A stretch of 64,000 nt of DNA from the NCBI GenBank assembly GCA_001643675.2, contig LSRY02000011.1, forward strand, positions 434,001 through 498,000, given 5' to 3'. Positions 12,618 through 25,400 of the stretch are shown piece by piece. Numbering within the stretch: position 1 is the first letter of the stretch; each line of letters begins with the position of its first letter. A model generated the notes under the pieces. The model ran no database searches, was not told the origin of the DNA, and was given only the letters and a program-made list of their open reading frames with translations. Source of the stretch: Monocercomonoides exilis PA203 (taxonomy: Eukaryota > Protista > Preaxostyla). Both the position numbers and the translations under genes were made by a program.

Positions 12618-14351
12618 TAGACAGGGACAAAACCCGGGAATGTCTATTGTTAAACTCAAAAAAGAGAAAGTGAATAGATGAAATAGATATTGAAAATAAC
12701 AAGCATTTCACTATTTTTCTTCAATTTTTCGATGCAATCTTTTTTTGAAAATTTAAAATACAAGAATTAATTCAAATAAATAAATGGATCACAAAGCCAT
12801 TATGTTTGTTTTTTCTTTCAATATGTCTTCTTTTCCTTCTTCATCGGAACTTTCAAAAGTTTTTGCAACTGCAGAGCTTCGTCGATAATAATCATAAATT
12901 GAAATTATAAGTTTTATTCTTTCAAGAATAGATTTCTTATACAAAAGAATTATTTTTTCTGTTTTTCTTCAATCTTCTGCGCTATATCGACATATCTCTT
13001 CATTGAAGAAGGAAAGAGATCCACAGCATAATGAAAAGCCATGTTAATTCGATATCGAGTAAAAAGAAGAAACAAAAGACTGTGCAAAGACTCTATTTCT
13101 TTCTGCAGAAAAAATTACGTTCAAAGAAAGAGTGAGAATTGTTTGCTTTATATTCAATTATTATCTTTGAACTTTTTTCACCTTATGTTCTCAGGCCGAG
13201 AATGATATAAAGCGAAAAAGTCAAATTGAAGATGACAACAGAGAAATGACGGAAATCTATGAAAAATTAGCCAGACGGTTAATAAAATGAAGTTGTGCAA
13301 TGCAAGTGTGAAAACCGAAATCTATTGACATTAATTGGCTCTTTGCATCCTCAACAAAGAATGCAACCTGGTTTTCATTTTTGTTAGTCAAAATAAGAAC
13401 CGAAAAAAAAATCAGTTCAGATTGGATGAAGAAATATGATGAAACTGGAATATGTGTTTGACAATCCAATGATAATTAAGTCGAAACACAAACAGATGGG
13501 TGATTATTTTTGAGATCATTTCTTTTTTCGGGGTGTTAATTTTTCAATAATTGTTAGTTTTTGAAAGAAAATTTTAATTTAAAAAGTGAAAAAGCATGAT
13601 AATTGTTTTTAAAAACAAATGGTTTTTCAGAATCAAAGATTAAAATGCATTCAAAAAGCCTTTTCACTTTTCAATGTTCATTTGATAATATTCAAGATCA
13701 TTTTTCACTGCCGAAAATTTTGTTAGAAATAATATGATTTCAAAAATAATCACCCAGATCAAAAAAAAAACCAATGTTTAACTCACAACAACACCAGCCC
13801 AAAGCGACTTTAGAATTTGGAGTGTTTGCTGAAACCCCTCAATCATTAAAGAGATGCAACGGCTTTTTTAAACAATCTACAAAGATCAAATTTCTTTTTG
13901 GTTTCGTAATATAGAAAATAATTATCGATGGAAGATAGTGTATGATAAAAAAGTGCGATGAAGAAATGATGCGGATTACTTCCAACGAAAACAAATTTCA
14001 CAAACAAATAGGGAAAAGGAATTTAAATTCAGCTCAAAGCATCTTTTCTTTTCATTCAATTTTGTTTTGCAATTAATAGTTAGAATTTTTTTTATCAATA
14101 TGTTGAACAATTTTCGCAGTGTCTCATATCAGCGAAAGTTTCTTTTCGATCAAAATTTTGAATGCTCGTTTCATGCGACAATCAAGAAAACTTACTTAAA
14201 AACATTGTTTGAGCGTTTTTTTCACAATTAATATTTATTTTTGTTAATTCTTTATTTTTGAAACCAAAAAGTGGAATTAATTGCTGACAAACAACTCAAT
14301 AAATTTGGAATTCCCGGGTTTTGTCCCTTTCCCGGGTTTTGTCCATGACTA
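12618..14351. mobile_element. TIR DNA transposon relic (probably pogo-type), bounded by TA on both sides
   Basis: The left TIR TAGACAGGGACAAAACCCGGGAA pairs with TTCCCGGGTTTTGTCCATGACTA (2 mismatches). The core motif is tandemly duplicated at the right end (14310-14344). The interior shows only weak minus-strand transposase-like remnants. Confidence 0.75.
13498..13755. mobile_element. Family A MITE (258 bp) with AGAT target-site duplication
   Basis: AGAT|GGGTGATTATTTTTGAGATCAT ... ATGATTTCAAAAATAATCACCC|AGAT. The 22-bp TIR has 1 mismatch and the 4-bp direct repeat is non-palindromic. Confidence 0.9.
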
Positions 14352-14779
14352 TATTTGATAATTTAACAAAAGGAACTTTTCGAAAAAATTTTGACATATC
14401 GTCAAATGAATATTCTGAGCGAAATCAAAATGTTATTTTATATTTTCAACAAGTATTCACCATTTATTTTTTTGATGAATATAAATACGTTACCACAATT
14501 ATTATTACATTAAACACCAGAAATTCTTTTTGTTTAATCAAGCAAACGAATATGCTTCCTTTCTATATCTTGCTTGAAGCATAACAAAAAATATCATATA
14601 TTTAAAAAAAAAAAAAAAAAAAAAAAAAGAAGAAGAAGAAGAAGAAGAAGAAGAAAGATCGACTGTTATAATTTTAAAAGGAAAAATTATTTTTTCGTAA
14701 ATTGGCCCTTTCGAAATTGACAAGAGAAGATCAGACTTTAACTCGATTCATATAGAACATGCTCATAAAATAAGTGAAT

Positions 14780-15320
14780 TCTATGCATCTTTTGAAAAGG
14801 ATCTCATTAAAAATGTTGATTTGTGAATCTGCAAAGCATATCAAAAGAATATATCTTTCAATCACCTGAAACACAATAGCATTTGCGTATTATAACCTTC
14901 TGAACTGAAATTAGTTTTTATTTTTGCGTTGTTTTTGCATTCAACTGGAAAATACACAAAGATCATTATTCTTGATCTTTTCCAAGATTGACAGACTGTC
15001 TTGAATTGAGCGAATGACAGAAGTATATTCCGCACTGCTTTGAACCAGTCTTTTTTGTTGTTGCAACATCTTATGCTATTTCCATTGAAGAAACTACTTG
15101 CATCAAACACATTGAATATCTTACGAATGAATTCAGGAAAGGTTAAGTTACGAAATTATTTATGTTATGTATTACTTCTCTTCTGCAATTGTTACAACAA
15201 AAGAGTTATTTCAGCTTGACTTTTGTTTCGATGTCAAATAATAGAAGAATGCTTTGTTAAATTAAAATGAAGAAATTATTTAAAATACAAAATAATTAGG
15301 ATTTCACATAATCAAAAACC
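14780..15320 (+). pseudogene. Highly decayed pogo-like transposase fragment
   Basis: Fragments FLHSTGKYTKIIILDL and SLFVVATSYAIS resemble HLHKMNKYSSSLILNTDE and ATLCVAAAADGYS of the 10686-11973 copy. There are many stops and frameshifts. Confidence 0.35.
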
Positions 15321-16434
15321 TTTTGGAAATCTTTTTCTTCTGTTGGAAAAAGGATAGAAAAGAGCAAAAGCACGAACAATAATGGAAGTTCCTCTTGAAA
15401 TTTCAAAAGCAACTTCAAAAGAAGAAGATGACAACCTTGGAAGCGGAAAACAACAAGCAATGGGCGTTAACGACAACAAGATTCAATAAATCTACAACAA
15501 CAAAAGAATTTGATTATCTCCAATTACGAATTTGAAGAGAAAAGAAAAAACCTTCAAAATAAGAAATGAATGAAAGAAAATCAAGTTGAAAGCAAAGAAG
15601 CCAAAGGGATGAAGGGGAGCAAATGAATGATGGAAAGCAAAGGAGTCAGAAACACACTTGCTCTTTCGAAAAAAGAAAAAGAATAGAAGACATTACATAT
15701 TCATCAAAGGGATGCAAAACCATTCTTGTTAATTCTTATGAAAATAATGAAGAAAATGGGAAAATATGAAAAATGAGGCGTTAAATGGTTTTGATGGCAA
15801 CCAGCAGTCATTGTTAAGAATTTTCTGAAAAAGTCAAGGATTTATCTTGAATGAAGTGAAGAAGCTCAAACTTCTACTTTCCTCAAAATGAAAAAAGAGT
15901 GAAAAAGAAATTGTGTTCATTGCAGAATTGAAACATGTGAAATTAACTTTGGAGAAATATATTGCATTAATATTCCTGTAAGTTGAAAATACGCTTTAAT
16001 CAATTTTATTGCAATGCATTTCTTATTTTCCTTACGACAAGAGAATAATTTTGAGATTTTCGAATTGGTTGCGCCACAAGACTCATTTGTGAAACTGAAA
16101 CAGCCCAAAAGCATTGGAAAGAGTGAATACATAGCTTTTGCATCAAACTTCGCGTTGCAATATTTTTTTGAGCATCATATAGCATTTAACTACAATTTTT
16201 TTGCGAGAAAAGAAAACGAATTTGAATCGAATTCAATGAAGTTTCGTCAAGACAGCCAAGAACGGATATCAAGGTCTCAAAAGAATTACTACACCTTTAC
16301 TCCGCTATAAAACCAACATCCACTCTTCGGCAAAGTGAGTTGTTGTAATTTTGAAATAATAATAAAATAGCATGGATCAAAGACTGACCCATAATAAAAA
16401 TACATATTCTTAAAATATTAAAAATAACGATTTC

Positions 16435-19400
16435 ATGGTGAAAATGCTGTTAATTTCAATAGCATTTCTTTTAACTGAACGAAAAATTCTATGTCAGGAT
16501 TTCTGCGAGTCTGCGGGATTTGAAGTCATCTGTACAAGTAACAATTTCAATTATGAGAAATTTTTTCCTGCGCAAAGAAATAGATTTCCGAATGAAGGAT
16601 TGAGAAGCAAAATCAGTGGTAGTATTCGCAGCGAATTGTCTTCTTCATCGCACAAAAAAATCACGAAAGAAAATGAAGTGACAGAAAGGAAAGTCTTCGA
16701 AAATGAGAAAAGCAAAGAAGGAGGATTACCTGAATGCAAAAAGGATTGCAATTTGAAGAACCAAGGACAAATCATCGATAGGCCCTCAACAATTCTGAAG
16801 GAATTTAATTCAAAGGAAGGAGAATGTTTGATCAAAGGATGTTTTGATTTGAAGAATGCTTCAGTTGGATGGAGTGGATTGGAATTGGTATCTGTGAATG
16901 GAAAGAGTGCAATTTGTGGAACTGAAGGAAGCCGAGCTGCTTTAAGAGGCTGCAGTGTTGTAATGAGTTGCGGGGTGCCTCTTTTTGAAATGCATGAGAG
17001 TTATGCATTACTGGAAAATATCACATTGCAATCATCAAATCCATTATCGAACGAAATTCCTCCGCTTTTCTCATCGAAAGGCACAATCAACAAGGCTTCT
17101 AATAAAAGCCATCTTTCTGTCCGTTTTTCGTGTTTTTCTTCCTTTTGTATCTCCTCAGCTCCTTTTCTGGCTTCTCCATTGATTGAGAGTGTTTCACTCG
17201 CTGATCTGATATTTTTCAACATTTCAACAAAACCTTCAGATTGTTCATCTCTCACTGCTTCAATTTATAAAACTCAATGTTTTATGCAAAGTTGCTCATT
17301 TTCGTCTGTTTGTGATGTGTATGATGGTGGGATTGTTCCTTCACTGAACAATCCCTTGGCTTCTTTAACTGCCTCAAACACCTCATTCGTTGGGTGTTGT
17401 CGAACAAGTAATGTTGAACACATCGGAACAGAAGAGGAAAAGAAACATCCAGGGAGAATAAATGAAACAGACAATGGCGCAAATACATTCACATGGTGTG
17501 AATGGATAGGATCAAATACAACAGGAACAGATGAGACTTGGCAAGATGGAATATCAAGCGGAGGGGCAATAAGTATGTATGGTCATCCAAATGGAGAACT
17601 TTCTGTTTCACATTGTGATTTTAATAATTGCTATGCATATAGCCGTGGAGGAGCGGTTCTTTGTCATTCAATCAAATCAATTAACATCAATAATAACACT
17701 TTTAATGCATGCACTGCTCAACACCAAGAAGGAGGAGGAATTCATGCTTATTTAATTTCAACATGTGTTCTGATCAGTAGATGCGAATTTCAAAATTGTG
17801 AATCAAACCATAATGGAGGAGGGCTTTATCTTGATTGTTTTCAAGCATCCAGAACAGAATGCTTTGAAGCAGAAGTTGGGGAAGAAGAGAATGCATACAT
17901 ATTTGACTGCAATTTTTCAACATGTTCTGTTACAAATAATCATGGTGGAGGCATGTATTGCAGAAGTGTGCCTGCGGCACAATTCAAAATGAGAAGTATA
18001 CAGTTTATCTTATGTTCAGCACAATCGCATGGAGGAGGACTCAGTTTTTATCCAAATGGAACAACAACACCAACTGATAAAATTTTTTGTTGTTTTTTAT
18101 CATTTCATAAATGTGAATGTAGAGAATCATTAATTCCATTAGGTCATGATTCTGAATATTCTGATTCTTTTAATTTATATTTGGATTCAGATAATCCATT
18201 CTATGAATGTTGCACAACAAACACAGATGACAGAAGAGTGTGCTATGCATATAACTACTCGAATTCAGGTGATTGGATATATGATCAAACATCAAAAAAA
18301 TCTTGGCTGAAGGACAAGACGATATATGTTTCGGTGAATGGGAATGATGAATATGAGCTATGTGGAACAAATGAGTCATATCCGTGCCTAACAGTGAAGA
18401 AGGCGGTTGAGATGTGTGAGATACAGCTGGCGTTATCAGTCACACTGATGGAAGGGAATCACGCAAGTGAGACAGAAACAATTAACATTGGAGAAAAGAA
18501 GATTTCAGTCATTGGGAAAGGGAGGACGGAGAGTTCGATTGGAACAGGAGCGCTTTCATCTGTAGGAACGCTGTTCAGTGTGACGACGGGTAACCTTGGT
18601 TTATTGCGCATGAAGGTTGATTGCAACTCAAATGCAAGCCCTTCTTCACCGAGTGTGGTTGTGGTGTCTGATGGGAGTGGGTCACTCTCATTGGAGGATG
18701 TTGTGATCACTACGAGTGTTTCTTCAGGAAATGTGATTTCTTCGTCAGTGTTTGTGGTGTCGCTGTCACAGCTGTCGATGGTTGATGTGGAGATCATTAA
18801 TATGAATGTGTCAAAACCCTTGTTCTCTGAGCCAGATCTACCATCTTTTTCATTATCTTCATCTTCATTTTTTTTGGCAGGCACAGAATCAACAGAGAGC
18901 ATTCTAGCAAATGTTAATGTGAAAAATGTGAAGTTGACGAATGGAGATGGGGTGGTTGTGGCAAAAAGTGTGAAGGAAGGGGAGACATTTGTGGTCAAGA
19001 ATGTGACAATCGAAGATTGTGAGTGCGAGGATGGAAGTGGTGGTGGGATCAAAGTTGATTTATCATCGTCTTCAAGCAAATTGCGAGCAGGGACTTCATC
19101 AACACCAGAAGGCGAAGCAACAAAATTCAACAGATGCAAATGCAGTGGATATGGAGGAGGGATGATGCTGCATCTTGCTGATAGCTCATTTGACTTCTCA
19201 ATATATACAGTTGACTTTGAAGGATGTACAGCATCATTGGGAGGAAATTATCTGTTTGTGAATGGGAAAGATTCTAAGAACTGGGGAATAACAACAGAAA
19301 AGCTGAATATCGAAAATGACAATTCAAAATTCAATGAGCTGGTGGGATGGGATCGGAGTGACACAACAATGGGACAATTCCCGCTTAATGTCTTTTTGGA

Positions 19401-22400
19401 CATATATCCAGATGCAGCGCATGTTGGGAAGGCAAAGAACAATCTGGGTGGATACAACTCGTGGTTCTGCGGATTTGATTATTATCCGTGTGCCACCATC
19501 ACGCATGCAGCGCAGGTGAGATATGCAGACACAAACAAGAACATTGAATTGGATTCAGGATTTGAGCTTGCGGAAGAGGTTGCAATGACTGGCGAATATG
19601 AATGGAAGGTGTTTTGTATCACAAAAGGGATGAAAGTGAGCGTGAAAACACCAGATAATATGGAATCCGAGTTCTTGATTGAGGTGCAGAGCGCGTGCAA
19701 AATGGAAAACATCAGATTTTCACTTCCAACAGAGCTGGAAGGAGTGAAATCACTGATTTCAGCCAACTCAACACTCCTCACGCTCACAGACTGTTCTGTT
19801 TGTTGCTCCTCAGAGAATACAGAAGGTGATGCAATTGGATACAGCTTTGTCAGGGCAATTGGAAGAAAGCTGAAAATGGAAGGTTTTGTGATTGAAGAAA
19901 GTTCACTATTTGGAGTGCACTCGTTGGTTGAGCTTGCAAGTGGTGTGGATGCTGTGGTGTGTGTGGGATGCAATGTGAGCAACGTTGAAAAGAGAAATGG
20001 AGATGGGGGATGGATGGATGGGGAAGTTGGGACAGAAAGAGATGAGGGAAAGAATGGGATAATTGTGATTGAAGGATGCAATGTCAAAGGGTGCAGCTGC
20101 TGTGGAAGAGGAGGGGGGATACATGCAAGTGTGAAAGGAGAAGGAAGTGTGGTAGTGAATGGGACGAGTGTGATTGATGGATGTGAAGCTAATGATTTTG
20201 GTGAAAGAGAAGGGAGAGGTGGAGGAATGATGGTTGAGATGGGAAGCAGAGATTGTGGATTGAAAATAGAGAGTGGTGTGAAGTTTTCAGTTGATGCAGA
20301 CAACATTGCAATGTTTGGGAAGGATGTGTTTGTTTGTTGCAACGCAGGGATATTGCTTGAGTCGAAAGTGAATGCAACTTCATTTGGATTTTTTGATGCA
20401 AGAGCCATTCCAACAGTTGTTTTGGAGCTGAGTGGGAGTGAGAGTGGGAATGAAGACGAAGTTATTCCATTGTTTGTGTATTTGTGTTCAATGGGATCAA
20501 AGCTGATTGTTGATGGGAGTGGAGAATGGTCATTGGACCACAGCCGATGTGGATTCGAGAAGTTTGGGTGTCTGACGATTGACTATTGTGTGAGTCAGAG
20601 AGCGAACATCAACATTCATGAAATCGAAGTTGCTTCTGTGTCTTCAATAAAGAATGAAATGAAAGTGGCTTCATGTGATGTGATCCTATCAGGGAAAAGA
20701 GAATCAGTGGAAGAAGAGAAGATGAGAGTGGAGGTGAGTGATGAAGGATCAGCAAACCAAGAAAGGTTTATTGAGTGCACAAGTTCACTTTCAGTCAACT
20801 ACATCTCTTTTTCTGTGGATTCTCCTCTGAAAAACGCAAGAAAAGCATTTATTTATTCATCGCTGTCAACACTCACAATCGCAAACTGCTCCATTTCATT
20901 TGCAGAGGAGGCACTGACAAATGGGATGATTGGATACAGCATTATTGACAAAAAAGGAGGGAAGCTGATTGTTGATGGATTTGTGATAGAAGAGGAAGTG
21001 ATGATGACAATGAATGGAATATCACCAATAACGATGAAAAATGGAACGGAACTGGAGATGAAGAACAGCAGAGTGAGTGGAGTGGAAGTGGCAGGTGGGA
21101 GTGGAGGAGGATGCTTGAACGTGGAAATCAATGAGATGGGGAATGCGAATATTGAAGGATGTAATTTGTCATCAAGATGCTCAGGTGGAAGTGGAATGAA
21201 AGGAGGAGGGGTGATGATATCTGTTGGAGAGAGAGGAACATTGAGAATGAAAAACGTGAAGTTTGATGGATGTGAAGTACCATCAATGGATAAAGAGGAA
21301 GGAGGAAGAGGAATTGGAGGAGGGATGTTTGTTGAGCTTCCTGAAGAGTTTGGATTATTTGTGCTTGAAGGAATGAAATTTGAAGGATGCAATGCCTGGA
21401 AAGGGAAGAATGTGTTTGTTTCAGGATGGGATCTGAGAGAGATTATGTCAAACGAACAACTGAAATGGGAGATGAATGAAGAGGAGTCAGAATCATTGGA
21501 TGAGTTGTGTGGATGGGAAAGGAAGACAACAGGAGAGGGATATGTGATTCCGCTTGTTGTGTATTTGTGGAGCAACTGGAGTGGGAATGGGTTTGTTTCG
21601 AAAGAGAAAGGAGGAGATTTCAGTGGGTGTGGATTTTCAGAAGCACCATGTTCATCGATTGACCATCTGAATGCCCTTCGATATTCAACACCTGGAGAAG
21701 GGGAAACACACATCAGCATTGTGGGATCAGGGCTGTTGAGCCATTCCATATCATTTTCTTTTATTTCATCATCAATTTTAGAGTCGCCAAAAGTGGTGAC
21801 TGAAGGGACAAAGAAAGGGACAGCTTTGATCGTAAGTGATGAAGATGAGAATGATCTGAATGATTGTTCAATGATATCATCGAATGTGAGCCTGTCATTT
21901 GTCAATGTCTCGTTCACCAAACCAACCATCACGACCCATCATGAAGTGTTTATTGAATCCTCTGGAACAAATTCATGTTTGACAATTGTTGATTGTTCAT
22001 TTGGTTCATTGACAGGGGTCACAGAGACAGCAGGATATTGCATGATAAGAGTGAATGGAGGGAGCGTTTTGATTGAGAGATGTTCTTTGAGAATGATTTC
22101 TGATTTGAAAGGGTTGATCTGTTTCAGCCCAAGTGCAACAGAGGTGACTGCTCAGAACGTGAACGTTTCATTTGCTGCTGTGAAGGAGAAAAGCCTAATT
22201 TCGATGTTTGAAGTCAGCAATGCAAATGGAAAAAGAAATGCACATATTAATAGCAATAAACCTGTTTTGAGGGTTGTTGGGTGCTCATTTGCAAATATCA
22301 CAAACGAAGAAAATGGAGCAGGTGTTATTGATGTGGGATCATTTGAGCATGGAGTGGAGTGTGTGATTGATGAGTGTTCGATGTCGAGTTGCAAGAGTGG

Positions 22401-25400
22401 TTTGAGCATCGAAGGAGGGGGAATGAGAGTGGCGTTAAAGAGTGGAGAATCAATTTTAAAAGTGAATGGCAGCTCTTTTTCAATGTGCAAGTGCTCAACT
22501 CAATCAGGGCGTGGTGGAGGGATGTATATTGATGGAGCAGACCCAAATATTAATTATGCAGTTGATTCTCAAATTCCTCCCCTTCGATTTAAAATAGCAA
22601 ATATCTTGTTTTCTTTGGATGAGGCATTTGTGGGAAACGATATTTTTGTTAGATGCAAATCGATTGCTCATCAGATCAACGAAACTCTGTTTGCTTTGAA
22701 CTACAATCAGGATTCTTTGAATTCAAACAACTCTATCTGCGGGAACGATTCAGAGGGAAACACTGATATAGATCTGATTCCGCTCATCACATTCTATTAT
22801 TCGGCACAGGTGTTTGTGAATTCAACAGGAACTGATGACAGGCAATGTGGAGCTCAGAGCAATCCATGTCTCAGCATCAACTGTGCTGTTGATCACATTC
22901 AAGAAGGAGTGATGAATGCGATTCTTATTGATGGAGAAGGGGCTGTGACAAAGGAATGCGTGATCGGGGATCTGGTTGTGAATTCACTCAAAAAGACACA
23001 GGCGATTGTGAAATTGAACTCCAAGATGGAGAAATCATCTGATAAGGATTGCATCATGGAGTTTATAAATGAATGTTCTGTGGAGAGATGCTCATTTCAG
23101 TTTGAAGAGACATTTGAGTCAACTCACAATTGCCTTATGAAAGTGAAGAACGGATCTATGGAGATACAAAAATGTGAATTCTGCTCAACCGAAACTGAAT
23201 TAAAAGTGAACAGTTCAATTGTGAATGTGGAAAGAGGAGAGCTGAGGATATTTGATTCAGCATTCAGGAATCTTCATTCATCGGCATCATTGCTTTCATT
23301 TTGTGAAGAGTCAAAAGTGGAAGTGGTTGAGATGTTTATCACAAACATTGAATGTGAAGGCGATGTGGTTGTGGTGGGAGGCAAAGCGAAAGTGGAGATG
23401 AAAGAAATAGCAGCCAATAATATTTCATTGATGAAAGGAGGAAGTGCAATGAAGATTGAAGGAATAGAAGAAGATGTGAGTGTTCTGAATTGCTCATTTG
23501 GCAAATGCACGAATTCGAAGGAGAAAGGAAGCATGGCTCAGATAAGAGAAGGCAGAGCAGTGAGGATTGAGGCATGCGTGTTTGACGGAGAAGGGAATGG
23601 AGAAGGGAGTGAAGAAACACATGAGAAAATGAACAGGAAGGAGATCTGTGGGTGGAATGGATCATTGGTTGATGTTGAAAATAGCAAAGTGGAGATGAAA
23701 GAAACAGCAATCAAAAATAGCAAAGTTGGTGGATTGTGGGTGAGTGGAGGTAGTTTGGCGATTGAAAATGGAAAGTTTGAGAACAACAATCCATTCATTG
23801 AGGGATATCCATCAGCTCGAAGGAATGCGATCTGCACAGGGAATGGCGAATTGAATGTTGTGAGTTTGAAAGGGGGAGATGGAATCGAGAAAAACACATC
23901 ACTTTGGATAATGGATGAAGGATGCAAATTGGGAGGGATTGCAGGAGAAAGAGCATCTCCCTTCTTTATTCCTGTTCTTGAAGATGTGCAGAATGCAACC
24001 AAGCCATCAGGCGAATTGAAGTTGATCATTCATGGGAAGCTGCTTCTGCCATGTGATTTGTCAGTGAAGATAAGCATGAAAGAAGGAGATGAAGAGGAAA
24101 TCGTGAGAAAAGGAATTGATGAAGAAGACTGTGTGTCAGAGAATGAAGTCCATTCAACAATTTCTTTGGAATTGCTCAAAGTGATGGAAACAAAAGCTGA
24201 AGCGAGCATGAGCATTCAATTTGGAAAATCCAATTTACCATCATTCACAGCAGAATTCATCCTGAAAAATAGAAGCGAAATTCAGCCCAAAGGAGATGAA
24301 AAACTTGTTGAAGGAGGAAATAAAGAGAAATCTTATTGGATGTTGATTGTGATTGTGATATTTGCTGTATTGTTTTTGATTGTTCTTGTTGTTGCAATAG
24401 CCTTTATTATTCGTTGGAAAAAAGCAAAGAATGAGAATAAAGATCTGAGAGAAATAGTAAATGATAACATCAGAAAAGATCCGAAGGCATTTGAGATGGT
24501 GACAATGGAGATGTCTCCAGAGGAGCAATGGAGGAGAGCAGAGAGAGAGGCAGAGAAGAAGAATGAAGAGAGGATAAAGATGGGAGTGTATGCGAAAAGC
24601 TTGGGACACTCAGAGTCATCACAGTATCTGCTGGCTGAAAGTGGCTCCACAGAATACATCCTTGGAAGAGATTCAGACAAGATTCCTCAATGGATGCTGG
24701 AGAAAATCGATGAGAAAGAGATCGAGTACGAAATGAGAAAACGAACACCATCACCTTCCATCTCATCCACTTCAACCACAGACACTTCAGATTCAGATTC
24801 AACATTTGTTCGAGGAGAGGATCTGTGCCCAACCACTTCATCAATGTCGAACTTGGTGGATGCAATGGCCTGCTCATCTCCTCATGAGAAGCTGATTGTG
24901 GATCTGCGAGATTCATTATTCATGTTGCTTCATGGAAGGAATGAGAAGAAAGAGATGGCAATTGGCACTCTGCAGGAGAGGGAGATGACAGCTGCCCAGA
25001 TCATGTTCTGGGTGGCAAATCTCGCTCTCCACTCTTTCGATGAGATGGAAAATCCACTCCAATCTCTTGCCAATTTGAGTCCTCACATTGTGCTCTTCTC
25101 AGAGCATATGGTCATCTGCATTGTGATGCACTCGGATTTATCTTCTGATGATTCTGATTCTTCATCCATCTCATCCTCCACCATTATCACTTCCTCATCT
25201 GATGATTCAACCATCAATAAGAATGGCAGAGGCTCACCACCGCCATCTTCAGCATTTGAGGAAGAGGATGACTTCAAAAAAGAGTGTTTGAGGTGGAAGG
25301 CGCCTGAGCTGCTGAATGGCGCAAAGACGCATGCAACGAAGAAGACTGTTGCATTCTCGATTGGGATGATGCTGTGGGAGTGCCTGACGCTGCAGATCCC

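Larger units (their letters stand above)
12419..14395. mobile_element. Family B MITE (~243 bp net) split by a 1.73-kb insertion
   Basis: ATAT|GTCTAAATTTTTTTGAAAAGTTCCTTTTGTT ... AACAAAAGGAACTTTTCGAAAAAATTTTGAC|ATAT. The halves 12419-12617 and 14352-14395 rebuild an element colinear with 40499-40740. Confidence 0.85.

Noticed and set aside
14604-14656. A25 followed by (GAA)n as a retroelement tail
   Set aside because: No upstream RT/SINE body or target duplication was found; simple repeats like this are common in the window.
15330-15900. Possible DIRS-type tyrosine recombinase remnant
   Set aside because: Purine-rich, coding-like sequence with only vague motif resemblance; no catalytic R-H-R-Y residues could be placed.
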